A stretch of DNA of 64,000 nt from the human T2T-CHM13v2.0 reference genome, Homo sapiens, in the NCBI RefSeq assembly GCF_009914755.1, contig NC_060930.1, one strand, 5' to 3'. The position numbers and the translations under genes are program-made. Positions 40,955 to 56,070 of this stretch are shown one piece after another (the first letter of the stretch is position 1; each line of letters opens with the position of its first letter). Below the pieces are notes generated by a model, which was given only the letters and a program-made list of their open reading frames with translations, did not search any database and was not told the DNA's origin.

Positions 40955-43900
40955 ACTTTTAAAAATAATTAATAGACTTTATATTTCAGAACAGTTTTAG
41001 GTTTACAGAAAAATTGTATGGGAAGTACATAGAGAGTTCCCTTAGACTCCCTGTCTGCACACACCCACAACATCTTGCACTAGAGTGGTACTTTTGCTAC
41101 AATCGATTATCCTTCATTGACACACAGTTAGTACCTAAAGTCTATAATTCACATTAGAGTTCACTCTTTGTGTTGTACATTCTATGGATTTTGACAAATG
41201 TAAAATGACATGAAGTGTACCCACCATTGTAGTATCATACAGAGTACTTTCACTCCCTAAAAATTCTCTGTGCTCTGCCTGTTCACCAGTTTCTTCCCCA
41301 TCCCCTAGCAACTACTAATCTTTTTACTGTCTCAACAGTTCGGAATTTTCCAAAATGCTGTATAATTGGAATCATATGGTATGTAGCCTCTTCAAATTGG
41401 TTTCTTTCACTTAGTAAGAAGCATTTATATTTTCTCCATGTCTTTTCATGGCTTGGTAGCTCTTTTCTTTCTATTGCTGAATAATATTCTATTATCTGGA
41501 TGTACCATAGTTTTTTATCCACTCATTTACTGAAGAACATCTTGGTTGTTTTGAAGGTTTGGCATTTACAAATAAAACTGCTATAAATGTCTATTTGCAG
41601 GTTTTTGTGTGGATATAACTTTTCCATTAATATGGGTAAATACTAAGGAGCATGATTGCTGGATCATATGGTGAAAGAATGTTTAGCTTTGTTAGAAACT
41701 TTCCAAAGTACTGTATCATTTTGCATACCCACCAGCAATGTTGCTGTTATTCCACTTCCTTGTCTGCATTTGGTATTGTCAGTGTTTTGGATATGGGCCA
41801 TTCTAATAGGTGTGTAATGGTATCTCATTGTTCTTTTAATATGCAATTCCCTAATGGCATATTGATGTGAAGCACTTTTTTCTATGCTCACTTGCCATTT
41901 ATATATCTTCTTTGAAGCAAAATCTATTCAGGTTTTTTGCCATTATAGAGTCAAATTGTTTTCTTATCATTGAGTGTTATAATATCTTGTATATCTTTGA
42001 TAACAGACCTTTATCAGTTGTGTCCTTTGCAGAAATTTTCTCCCAGTCTGTAGCTTGTCTTCCCACTTGCTTAACAGTATCTTTTGCAGAGGGAAGTTTT
42101 AAATTTTAAGTAAGTCCAGATATATGAAGTATTTCTTTCAGGGATCGTACATTCGGTGTTTTATTAAAAAGCCATACCCCAGTTGACATAATTTTTTTAT
42201 GTTATCTTCAAGAAGTTTTATAGTTTTGCTTTTCACATTTAGGGTCATGATTCATTTTAAGTGTATTTTTTTGTGAAGGGTATAAAGTCTGTGACAGGAT
42301 CTATTTATTTATTTATTTATTTTTGCATGTAAATTTCCATTTGTCCCAGCTCCATTTGTTGAAAAGACTATTTTTGATCCATTTTATTATCTTTGTTCTT
42401 TGCCAAAAATCAGTTAACTATATTTTTGTGAGACTATTTCTGGGTTTTCTGTTCTGTTCCATTGATCTATTTGTCTATTCTTTTACCACATGTCTTGATT
42501 ACTGTGGTAAAGTAAGTCTTGAGTCAGGTATTGTTGGTCCCCTAACTTTGTTGTTCTTTGCAATATTATTTTGTCTATTTTGGGTTTTTTGCCTCTCCAA
42601 GTAAACATTAGAATCCATTTGTTAATATACAGAAAATAGAAAATAGCTGCTAGAATTTTAATTGGGACTGCAATGAATCTGTAGATCAAGTTAGGAGGAA
42701 CTGACATCTTGACAATATTGAGTCTTCCTATCCATGAAAATGGAATATATTTCCATTTAATTTTTTGCTTTCTGTCATCATTTTGTGCTTTTCCTCATAT
42801 AGATATTATATGTATTTTATTTTATTTATACTTAAGTATTTTATTTTGAGGGGTTGCTCATGTAAATGGTAATGTGTTTTTAATTTCAAATTCCACTTAT
42901 TCATTGCTGGTATAGAGGAAAGCAACTGACTTTTGTATGTTAAACTTATATTAAGCATTCTTGCTATAACTGCTTATTAGTTCTAGTGGGATTTCTTTTG
43001 TCAATTCTTTTGGATTTTCTACATAGACAATCATGTCATCCGTGACCAAAGACAGTTTTGTTTCTTTCTTCCCAATCTGTATGCTTTTTATTTCCTTTAT
43101 TGCATTAGCTAGTACTTCTAGTATCATGTTGAAAAGAGGAAGCATCCTTGTCTTCTTCCTAATCTTGGAAGTGAAGCTTAAAGTCTCTCACCATTAAATG
43201 CAATGTTAGCTATATTATCTTATAGCTCTTTTAAATTAACTTGAAGAAGTTTGTCTTTATTTCTAGTTTGTGGAGAGTTTTTGTGATACACCGGGTGTTG
43301 CATTTTCTCCGATATTATACAGGGGTGTGGCATCCTTTGATATGATCACTTTATTTTTCTTCTTTAGCCCATTGATGTGATGGAGTACATTAATTGATTT
43401 TCTAATGTAGAACCAGCCTTGCATACTTAGGATAAAACCCACTTGTTCTAGGTGCATCATTATTCTTTTACATTGTTTGATTTGCTTTGCTAATATTTTC
43501 TGAGGCAATATTCGAGCTTTTGCACATATGTCCATGAGAGATACTTGTCTGCTGTTTCTTTCTTGTAATGACTTTCTCTGGTTTTGATATTAGGATAATG
43601 CTGGCCTCATACTCCTTGGTAGGAAACACTCCCTCTGCTTCTGTCTTCTGGAAGAGACTGTAGAAAATTGGTGTAATTTTTTTCTTAGCTGTTTGGTAGC
43701 ATTCATCATTAAATCCATCTCAGCCTGGTGGTTTCTGTCTTAGAAGGTTATTAATTGATTCAATTTCTTTAAATAGATATAGGCCTATTCAGAGATATTC
43801 ATTTTTTCTTGTGTGAGTTTTGGCAGTTTGTGTGTTTCAATAATTTGGTCTATTTAATCTGGGATATCAAATTTGTAGGCATAGATTTGCTCATAATATT

Positions 43901-44319
43901 CCCTTGTGATCCCTTTATGTTTATGGAATCTGTAGTAATGCCTACTCTTTCATTAGTTAGCCTGGCTAGAGACTTAAAAATTTTGTTGATCTTTTCAAAA
44001 AAACAGCTTTTGGTTTTGTTCCTTTTCTTCACTGATGTACTGTTTTAAATTCTATTCATTTCTGCTCTATTTTTATTATTACTTTTTTCTTTTATTTTGA
44101 ATTAATTTGTTCTTTTTCCACATTACTAAATTATAAGCTTAGATTATTGATTTTAAAACTTTTCTTTTTTAATATACACATTCAATGTTATAAATTTCCC
44201 TCTAAGCACTGCTTTTGCTGAATCTTACAAATTTTGATAACTTGCATCTTAATTTTCATTTAGTGCAAAATATTTTTAAATTTCTCTTAAGCTTTCTTCT
44301 CTGACCCATGTGTTACTTA
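40955..44319 (-). mobile_element. L1MC1/2-like LINE-1, 3' portion (3'UTR plus degenerate ORF2)
   Basis: 3' end AATAGACTTT…CAGTTTTAGGTTTACAG…TTCACTCTTTGTGTTGTACATTCTATGG. Minus ORFs 42951-43145 ([10 protein letters not shown]…VTDDMIVY), 43263-43535 and 43850-44032 are ORF2-like. Confidence 0.88.
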
Positions 44320-47225
<2,906 letters not shown>

Positions 47226-48240
47226 CCATGTGTTATTTAGAAATATGTTGTTTAGTCTCCAAGTCTTTGAGGATTTTCCTTGTATCTTTCTATCATTAAT
47301 TTCTAGTTTAATTCTATTTTGGTCTGGGAGAAGGCATCATATAATTTCTTTTATGTTAAATTTGTTAGAGTGTATTTCATGTCCCATAATGTGGTCTATA
47401 TTGGTCAGTGTTTCACATGAACTTGAGAAGAATCTGCTGTTGTTGAGTGAAGCATTCTAGAGATGTCAATAATATCCAGTTGCTTGATAATGCTGTTAAA
47501 TTCATCTATGTCCATGAAGAATTTCTGCTTCCTGAATTTTTCCATTTCTGATACAAGGGTGTTACATTTTCCAACTATAATAATTAACCTATTTCTCCTT
47601 ATTTTTCACTCAGTTTTTGCTTCATATATTTTGATGCTCTGTATTTAGGAACATGCACATTAAGGATTGTTATGTCTTGTTATGCTATTGTTATTGTTAT
47701 GACAATTGAACCCTTTAAAATTATGCAATGACCCTTTTTATATCTGATAACTTTCCTTCTTAAGGCATACTTAAGAAGAACAGAATGACCTAACATGTTT
47801 TAAAATGATTTCTTTTCCCCTCCTCCTGCTAGAAGCACAAGGGAATTTTTCTCTAATATTCACTGTGAGGACCTGGTAAGATTCTGGAGGTGGAGCTAAT
47901 GTGTGACTTCCTCTAAGACTGGGTCACCCTGGAGTTTTTAACTCTCAGACTTCTCCTCACTGAGCATCCAGTAGTTTATTAATTACAGTTCTGGCTTTCC
48001 TTTCCCCTTACTGATTCTCATGCTTGTTTTTTTTTCATGGGTTTATACCGAGGTAAATTGTGATTTTCTGCATTTGTCTAACTTTCACTCCAATTTGGGG
48101 GCAGTGGTTTGTCCTGTGACCTCATTTCTGTGACGGATTTAAGGAGAGTTGTTGATCTTTCATTTTGTTTAGTTTCTTATTTGTCAAGATTGAGAGATGA
48201 CTTCTAAGTGCTTTCCATGCAGAACCAGAAATCAGAAGCC
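47226..48240 (-). mobile_element. Continuation of the old L1MC: ORF2 5' part (~47226-47760), then an L1M 5'-region-like segment (~47800-48240)
   Basis: Antisense endonuclease-region sequence resumes directly after the TSD. The distal part resembles old L1M 5' ends (GCAGTGGTTTGTCCTGTGACCTCA…CATGCAGAACCAGAAATCAGAAG). Confidence 0.65.
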
Positions 48241-49239
48241 CTGAATTTTAGTAGTATTTTAAAAGGCTAATATGTTTAGTTTTAAATGTAAAAGAAAGAG
48301 TTGAAAATGACAGACTATTATTTTATACATTTTGTCAAACATATATTTCCAGTAACAGATTACAGTTAAGCAGACCAAATAAAGTGTGATTTAAAAAAGG
48401 GTCATATTAAAGGACTGGTAGGAATTGGTTATAGATAAACCTCTGTGCAAATTTCATAATTTATTCTATTCCAGTAACTGTAGCTATAGGTGAGTGGACT
48501 TTAAGTGATGAGCTAATTGTTTTAAAGTAGTGGCAGGTATATTGAAATAATTGTATATGAAAACATTATATCATAGAAAAGGAAAACAAACAAAAACTTC
48601 TCCAAAAGAAGCTGTTTAGGGGAAAGAGTTTTACCTTTCCATTTTGTTCTTTGTTTTTGTTTTGATTTATCCAAACAGAATGCCATAATGAATCCTCTTC
48701 AGGCCTCAACTGATAGAAGATTAATACTGAAGGTTCACAAATGTACCTTTTATGATAGGTGACTTCATAAAACATTCTTCAATGTGATATTGAAAGCTGG
48801 AGACAATTTTGTTGTTGTTTGTAGACTTCAACTGATTTATTATCTATTACAAAAGAACTTCTAGATGAGTTTGCATCCAATTGTTACAGGAACTTTGTCC
48901 TACATATACCTTTGAAAATCATCTACATTACTATTCCAGCTTCCATGCAAAATTATCAAGACAGATATAAATAAAATTTGTTTTCAAAGATCTCTAGAAT
49001 ATTCAAAGAATATCCTCCAGCCTTCTCCACATTCCAGCTCTTAATAATCCTTAGTGCCACATTCCAGCAGTAAAGAAAGTTTACCAAATGCCTGAACTAA
49101 ATTATTCCTATGATGTTTAATGTGATTTTTCTGAGTACTTCTGTGGACAGAGGGCTGCTATCCTTGGAGGCCATGTAAAGCATCTTTGACAACCAAAGAT
49201 AATTTTAATTTTTCAAGTGTGTTTATTAATGTCCAGACA

Positions 49240-49460
49240 AGAGCTTTGAGTCATCATATTATCTTGGACTCAAATCCTCATTCTCCCATTTTCCTGCTAA
49301 TGTAACCATGAACAAGTGATCTAGGATTTCAGAGCCTCAGTTTCATCACCTGTAAAATGGAGATAATTATTCCAGATTTAGCAGATTGGTGTGAAGATGC
49401 AAGACAAAACACATGTGAACTACTAAGATGTTGCTTGGCATGTGGTAAGCATTCCTAAAT
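49240..49460 (+). mobile_element. MIR
   Basis: Core GAGCCTCAGTTTCATCACCTGTAAAATGGAGATAAT; 3' end TTGGCATGTGGTAAGCA. Confidence 0.8.
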
Positions 49461-49879
49461 ACAGAAGCTTCTATGGTTGCATTTATTAATATTATTTCAT
49501 TACTTCATTCATTTATGAAAAATTTGGCAAACATTTATTATGTATATTCAATATTATAATCACTCTGTTAACTATTTAATATCATCTTGTGTTCCCGAAT
49601 TAGGTTAAATTAATGAAGTTCTATTTTCAATTTATTGAAAATTGTTCCTGGTCTTATAACAATGTCTATTTCATCCCCACACACAGGCTACTAAATCCAG
49701 TAATAAGCCAATCCTAGTAAACATGACTTATTTTAAAAAATCAAAATAAATCAAATTTATTTTCTTTTATCATAGTACTGTGGATAACTAACTTAAAATT
49801 TCTCTACTCAAACATTTTTCTTAACTTTCTTTTATACTAAGTGAATTATTTCAGTTTATCTTGGTGGAATACATGCATG

Positions 49880-50085
49880 CTTTGAACTCAGGCTGAATTT
49901 GTTTCCTATCTTAACATTGCCACTTATTAGCCCAGGAACTTAGATTATTATGAATCTCTCTGAAACTTGGCTTTCTCAGCTTTTCCAGACATAATGACGT
50001 TTTCTGAGAATGGATGTGAAACCCAAATAAAATAATGTTACCTGGTTTAGTATCTGACAGTGAGTAGGTTCTCAATAAATGGTGT
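49880..50085 (+). mobile_element. MIR
   Basis: TGCCACTTATTAGC…TGAATCTCTCTGAAAC…GAGTAGGTTCTCAATAAATGG. Confidence 0.6.
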
Positions 50086-50439
50086 ATTCATGAAATAGAT
50101 TAAAATCAGGCACAAGTTTTAATCTGAAAGTGTCATTTATGCTTAAAAATTTCCCTTAGAATCTTACTTTGACAAGTTTCACGATTTTTAAAAATCACTT
50201 TTGTTAAAGACATTGCCTATTAGAAGAACAACATACTACATAATTTCAGAATTTTTTGTCAGATGAAGACTTTATGGAAAACATTTAAGGAAAATTTTAA
50301 ATGGAAATCAGGTGTCAGAAGTTTAATTAGAAAAATTCATCCCTTATACATGGGGCTAATGTAGACTATGGCAAGCTGCTTAATTGTTGATTCTAAAGCT
50401 ATTTTTACATTGTCAACATTCTATTTAGTAATCTTGGGG

Positions 50440-51400
50440 GAAATAGCATCAAAAGCAGACAAAGAAAAATATTTCACTTTCCTGCAGCTGATTCCTGTGA
50501 TTGCCTGACGTTTAGTTACATTTGGGCATCTGTCTCAGGAACTCCCATTGTCTGCAACCATATGCAAACTGAAGTGTGCATTGGGGTATAGACATGTGGA
50601 CAGAATTTACACTTGGATATGCCATCTAATAGCAGTGGGAGAAGCTGGACAAGCCTAAGATACTTCATACAGTTCATTGAATGAACTGTTACTTTATTAT
50701 TTTGTAAAGCTTCTGTAATGCACATTTATGATATAAAAAGTGCCTTGCATACTGCTTCATCGGAAGGGGACCTCATTTAGATTAACCTGTGACTTCAACA
50801 GCAGGTGGTAGAATGAACCAACTGCTTCAATTACTGCTTTTGCGCATGACTTTCATGTGTTGCTAAGATTATCAGAGGAACCTGATTACATCCCCTTAGA
50901 CACTATTGTTGGCACGATGATTAAGCTGTTATTTTTTTTTTTTTTAAGACTGGAAACCTAAAAAGCTTTTTGGCATGAGGCAAAAGCACTGTGTATAGAG
51001 ATCAGTAAGATAGTGTGTATCATTGCCCTGTAGCTTATCTCCACATATACAGCTCCCTGGTGGATCCCTATGATAAACATTATTGGAACAATTAGCTGCT
51101 GCTGACACAGAATCCAGACACAATAGCCATGGCCAGCAGCACAGAGCCAAAAATTATGGAGCCAAAAACCATAAAAAGCAACACCAAGCCAGTCTCCCCA
51201 TTCAACTGCTGTCATAAAACCCTCCCAGTGCTATGTTTGCATAGCTGGCTTCACCGATATGGCACTGTTAACACAAAAGAAGAAGCTGCAGCACTTGTCT
51301 TTGTTTAACTGAAATTACAAGTCATTGAATTAGTATGTCATCTTTATTGTGCTGTCATGTAGCGGAGGTGAGGAAGGCTCCGTAATGGATGGGAGAGTTT
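50440..51400. promoter_or_regulatory. Candidate conserved non-coding element / developmental enhancer
   Basis: About 1 kb with no recognisable repeat and clustered SOX, POU, E-box, HOX/MEIS and TAAT motifs. Function is inferred only. Confidence 0.45.
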
Positions 51401-52809
51401 GATGGCCTGAAAGACAGGCTCACAGATGGTTGTCGATATAGAACAGTTTTCCCCCCTTTAAAAAAAAAAAAGGAAGAAAGAAAGGGGGAGAAAAAGCAGA
51501 AAGCCTGCTTGGAATGGATCTTTGCTTATTTGTGGTATAATACCAAGGAATATTCATACCAGTTTCAAAATTAAGAACTTTGGTTGCCTGGAGTATACAA
51601 CAAAGGCGTGGAATGCAAACGTTCCTGAGGAATGCATTTGTGATTTAAACAAAAGTGATGAAACAGTTTAGCTTCTTAGAAAGCTGGTTGTTATTATTGT
51701 TGTTGTAGGGGAAGTTTCTCATAATATTTCTAAACAGTTGGAAATTATTAGATAATATGAATGAGAAGGGTTAACAGTGTTTTAGAAAGTTTAAAAATAA
51801 AAAGTGAGAACTTTGACTATTTTTTCTTATTACAAGAAACTTAAAGTTCTGCACTTGTGTATGTTTTCATAGAGAATACAAAACAGTTTATTAATAAGAG
51901 AGAATTTGGGATGAATTCGACTTCAGACATATTTTTAATTTAGTGATTTTTTGCCTGCCTTGCTGCTTATCTATAGTTTTAATTTTATTTACAACACATA
52001 ATTGGACAACTATATTAGAACTATTTATTGAAAATCAATGAAATGAGACACTGAATTTTATTTTTAAAAGACAAAAAGTTTTATTTCCTTTGATATGATT
52101 ATTAAAAAGTTTTACCCAGTAAAAGGTATTATTCTGAATTTACTTCTTTAATGGAGAAAGCACTCTGTCTCCCAGTATTTCATTTCAGGTGGGACTCTCA
52201 TCCACCCAACACTCAGGGCAATGCTTTAATTAAGGAGGAAACCAGTTACATCTAAGAGTGTGTAGAATTTTTAATGTACTGGTAATTATTTGGGGTCTTT
52301 TTTTTTCTTGTGTATGAGAAAAAATACGTGAAAACTTCAGAAAATAATTTTCTATGGTAAAACTGAGACAGATGTATGGAAATATATGAAAATCTCTAAT
52401 AAGAAAAATACCCAGGTGACTTTATATTAATATTTTAAAAATACACTTGATCATATCTAAACAAATCTTAAGGGGTGAAATACAAGGATTGAATAATGTC
52501 AGAAATTAGCTCTTCACAAAAGTGCATATTTTCAAATGTGAAAAAAAAGCTTTCTAAGTATTTCTAAAGTAGGACTTCAATGTCTTCGGAAAAAGCTGTG
52601 TGAAGGAGAATTATGGAATTAAATGCCCTGAGATCCTAAGCTTATCTATGTTTTTGCAGCAATATTATTGCATGTCTAAACTTCTAGTTTACGTTTATTT
52701 TGTCTTTATTTGAGAATTGTGATGCCGGTTCTTGCAGTTTGTCATGAAAAGTATCTTTTTCAGGGGGAAACATCGTTAGTGCGTGTGTGAGTTGGGGACG
52801 TGGGGAAAA

Positions 52810-52935
52810 GAACATGGACTTACAGTTCATCAGATCTGGATTTGAATCTTGGCTCTGACACCTGTTAGCTAAATAACCTTGATCAGGTTACATAACCTCT
52901 TGGCATCTGACTTTCTTATTTGTAAATAGGAGTGA
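52810..52935 (+). mobile_element. MIR fragment
   Basis: CAGATCTGGATTTGAATCTTGGCTCTG…CAGGTTACATAACCTCT…TGTAAATAGG. Confidence 0.7.
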
Positions 52936-53795
52936 GGATAAGTAGACAGAGTAGAGATAAGGGGAGCAAGTGACCAGGCCACAGCCTGGGAGTGAATTTT
53001 CATAGCGGTGAGGTTACAAGTTGTAACTCATTGTCCTGTGTCAAAAATGTTACCAGTGTAAGGGCAAGGACTAACCAGACCCAGATCCTGGAAAAGGAGG
53101 CTTACATGGAGGTTTGGGCACAGAAAAGTACAAGGTCAGAGAACAACCGACAGAATGACAGCTTGATCTGACAGCCTGTCAGATCTAAGGAGAGAAGGCT
53201 CCCTAAAATCTGTCCAACTAGCACTAGTTCCAGTGCCTAGAGCCTGGACTGAGGATCAAGAGGTCTCAGCTCTTGGTAGAGAAGACTTTGTGGTCACAAA
53301 GCCAGGCAAGTCATTAAGGTTACCATCATTTACAACTTAACATAAATGAGCCAGTTAAGTAAAGATATTGATAGGGGTCAGGGTAGGAAGATGGAGAACA
53401 AAGAGCAAGAAAACTAAAGAATTAAGATTTTCCCGCCAAGGAGAAGAAATTAAGGAAGGAGAAATTTAAGACAGTCAGGACAAATCCCATTATGATTAAG
53501 CCATGAGATGCTTAACTTTGTATTGCAGAATTACCTTCTTTTTTTTTTTTTTTTTTTTTTTTTAACCCAAATAGGGGACAGTCTGCTCTGGCAACCGCTA
53601 CAGAGCTCTAGATCCCCCGCACTGTAGGACTTCTCATGCCAATGGCTGCTTGGTTACAGATATGGTGGCTAGAACAGGCAGTTTCTTGGGTTGTGTGAGA
53701 GGTTTTAGGGGTTTCCCTATCATTCCCACTACTGATGAAACATCTTCATTTGTTCTATATCCCTCAAATATTTCTGTGAAGTCAGAAAGATTTTT

Positions 53796-53930
53796 TTTCT
53801 CTCTCTTTTTTATTTTATTTTTTGAAACGAGGTCTCACTCTGTTGCCCAGGCTGGAGTGCAGTGGCGTGATCATGGCTCATTGTAGCCTTGACCTCCCTG
53901 GGTTCAGGTGATCCTCCCACCTCAGCCTGG
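53796..53930 (-). mobile_element. 5'-truncated AluJ/FLAM-like monomer
   Basis: GGTCTCACTCTGTTGCCCAGGCTGGAGTGCAGTGGCGTGATCATGGCTCA. TSD GAAAGATTTTT at 53785-53795 and 53931-53941. Confidence 0.85.
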
Positions 53931-55289
53931 GAAAGATTTTTAATCGACAATTAGGCATAATCAAAATCTAAAAAAAAAAAAAAGACAAACTGCAAATGGC
54001 CTCAGAATTACTCTTTTCTAATTCACGATTTACAAATCTAGTGAAATAATATATATGAAAGATATAGTAAACCAAAGATGTCAATGTATTTGTAACAATT
54101 ATTACCATCTCATTTAATCTGTACAGAAGAGTGAATGAGGCCTAGTAGTTACATGTTGACTTGAACTTATGTAAAGATGTAAGTAACAGAGATCAGGTTT
54201 ACCTGTGAATTGGTATTGAGAGGAGATGGTGCTAAAGGTAAATGGCCCATGAGGTAGCAAGGGGAGGGAGGGAGGTAAGATGTAGCTGGAGGAAGCTCAA
54301 GAGAGGTAAGATGAATCACTGTTTCAGCATTAACCATAGTACAAAGACCAAATTACCTGGTGTTTATAGGTGTCCAAAGCATTTTATTATGTACCTTTTT
54401 TCTCTGTTCTTTGATTTCATTCTTCCCATAAAACTTAAATTCATTTCTTGGATGAGTACTAGAATAAAGCCAATGAACAAGAAAGCGTTATCTGTTCATC
54501 ATATGCAAAGGGGACTCTTTTAAATGCCCCACATACACATATTTATATTCTGCTGTTCTAGAATTATCCTAGAGTAGTTTAGGTCAAAGGGTCATGTATT
54601 TTATAATATAAGCTGATTTCAGTTAAAACATCCTTTTCTTTTTCTTTTTCTTACAGCCTGCAACTTGGTCTTTTCAAATAAATGTCAATTAATGTGTTTA
54701 AACTGCCTTTGGCTCCCTGTTCTTCCCTTTTTTTTCCCCGGGCCCTGTATTTTGCTTAAGCTGTGTGATTGAAGGAGAATTCAATGATAATTTTAAATGA
54801 TCCCAGTGTTATAACCTTGTCAAAATCAACTGGGATATATTTAGCAATTATTTTAATAAGCAATGCTCATATGTAATTTTATCATTTCATATTATTTGTA
54901 TTCATCAAATGTATAAACAATAATTGAATACATCCTAGTCCACTGTAAAACTGAATTCAGGTTTTCAGGCTTGGCTTGTGTATGTGTCTCCATGATTCTG
55001 CCTTTTACTTGTTTTTTATCTCTGTATTTTCTCCTCTTGCCTCCTGTGGTTTCATCCCTATGCAGATGAGTACTGGCAAATCTATCACAGATAATTTTCT
55101 ATCTCCAGCCTCACTTTTATCATTAAATATTAGATTAATAATAGTCACATAAAACTCAGATTTTCTCTAGGTCAGGAGTCACTGACTTCTTTCTCAATCC
55201 TTCTGTGTAAGCTGTGACACTATAATTATCCTACAATCTAATATATTGAAGAACAACACCACAGAAAATGTAACTTTTAGTTGGAAAAT

Positions 55290-56070
55290 GTAACAGACAT
55301 TATCTACTGAGATTCTCTGCTAATGCCTCATATTCAATATGTCCAAAACACCTCCTACTTCTCCTCTAAACCAGCACCTCCTTCTGCTTGGAGCCAGTCA
55401 AGAGTTGAGTCTTCAGAGTCATGTGTTACTCCTTATTTTCAATCATTTGCCACATTCAGTAGAGTCTAGCTCTACAGTTTGAATAACTTCTCTTTACTGT
55501 TATTTTTCACACTACTAATCTCCTGAATGGATCCTTCAAACTTCTTGTCTAGGCACTAAAATCAGCCTTTTAATGATTTCCCCCACATTTAACTTCTCAT
55601 TTTCCTTTGACCTCTCATCTTTCCTTCTCAAAAGATTCAAAGACTCCTTATCCCTCATAAATTCAAGATATGATACTCTGCCTAGCACTCAGGGTCATCT
55701 ATATCGTGGCCAGTTTAATCCCCTGAAAAATTCCTTGAACAGAACCTGTATTTTCACAGGCCTACCCTTTTCATGAAATCATCCCCACCCATAAAATCCA
55801 TTTAAAGTGCCACCCCCTTTTCTGACTCTCTGAATACAGCGTCATCTTTTCTTCTGTGAATGTCATCCCCTTGCATTTTCTAACTGTTCAATAGTCCTAA
55901 TAATATTATAGATATATGGCAATTGTCTTACACCTTCTTTTTTCACTAACTTTGTAGATTGTCTTATCCCTTCTTTCACCACCAACTTTGCTCCATTTTT
56001 AAGCTCTTGTTGAGCCAGATCTGTTCTAATTATCTTTGTATTTCCAAAACATATCAGTGCAATTCCTCAG
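55290..56070 (+). mobile_element. Degenerate L2
   Basis: CTCATATTCAATATGTCCAAAAC, pyrimidine-rich body, TAAGCTCTTGTTGAGCCAG…ATCTTTGTATTTCC. Confidence 0.55.

Noticed and set aside
53470-53492. Similarity to the mir-2113 5' arm (GGACAAATCCC)
   Set aside because: An 11-mer match to a ~90-nt query is expected by chance in 64 kb. There is no hairpin partner and no full seed site.
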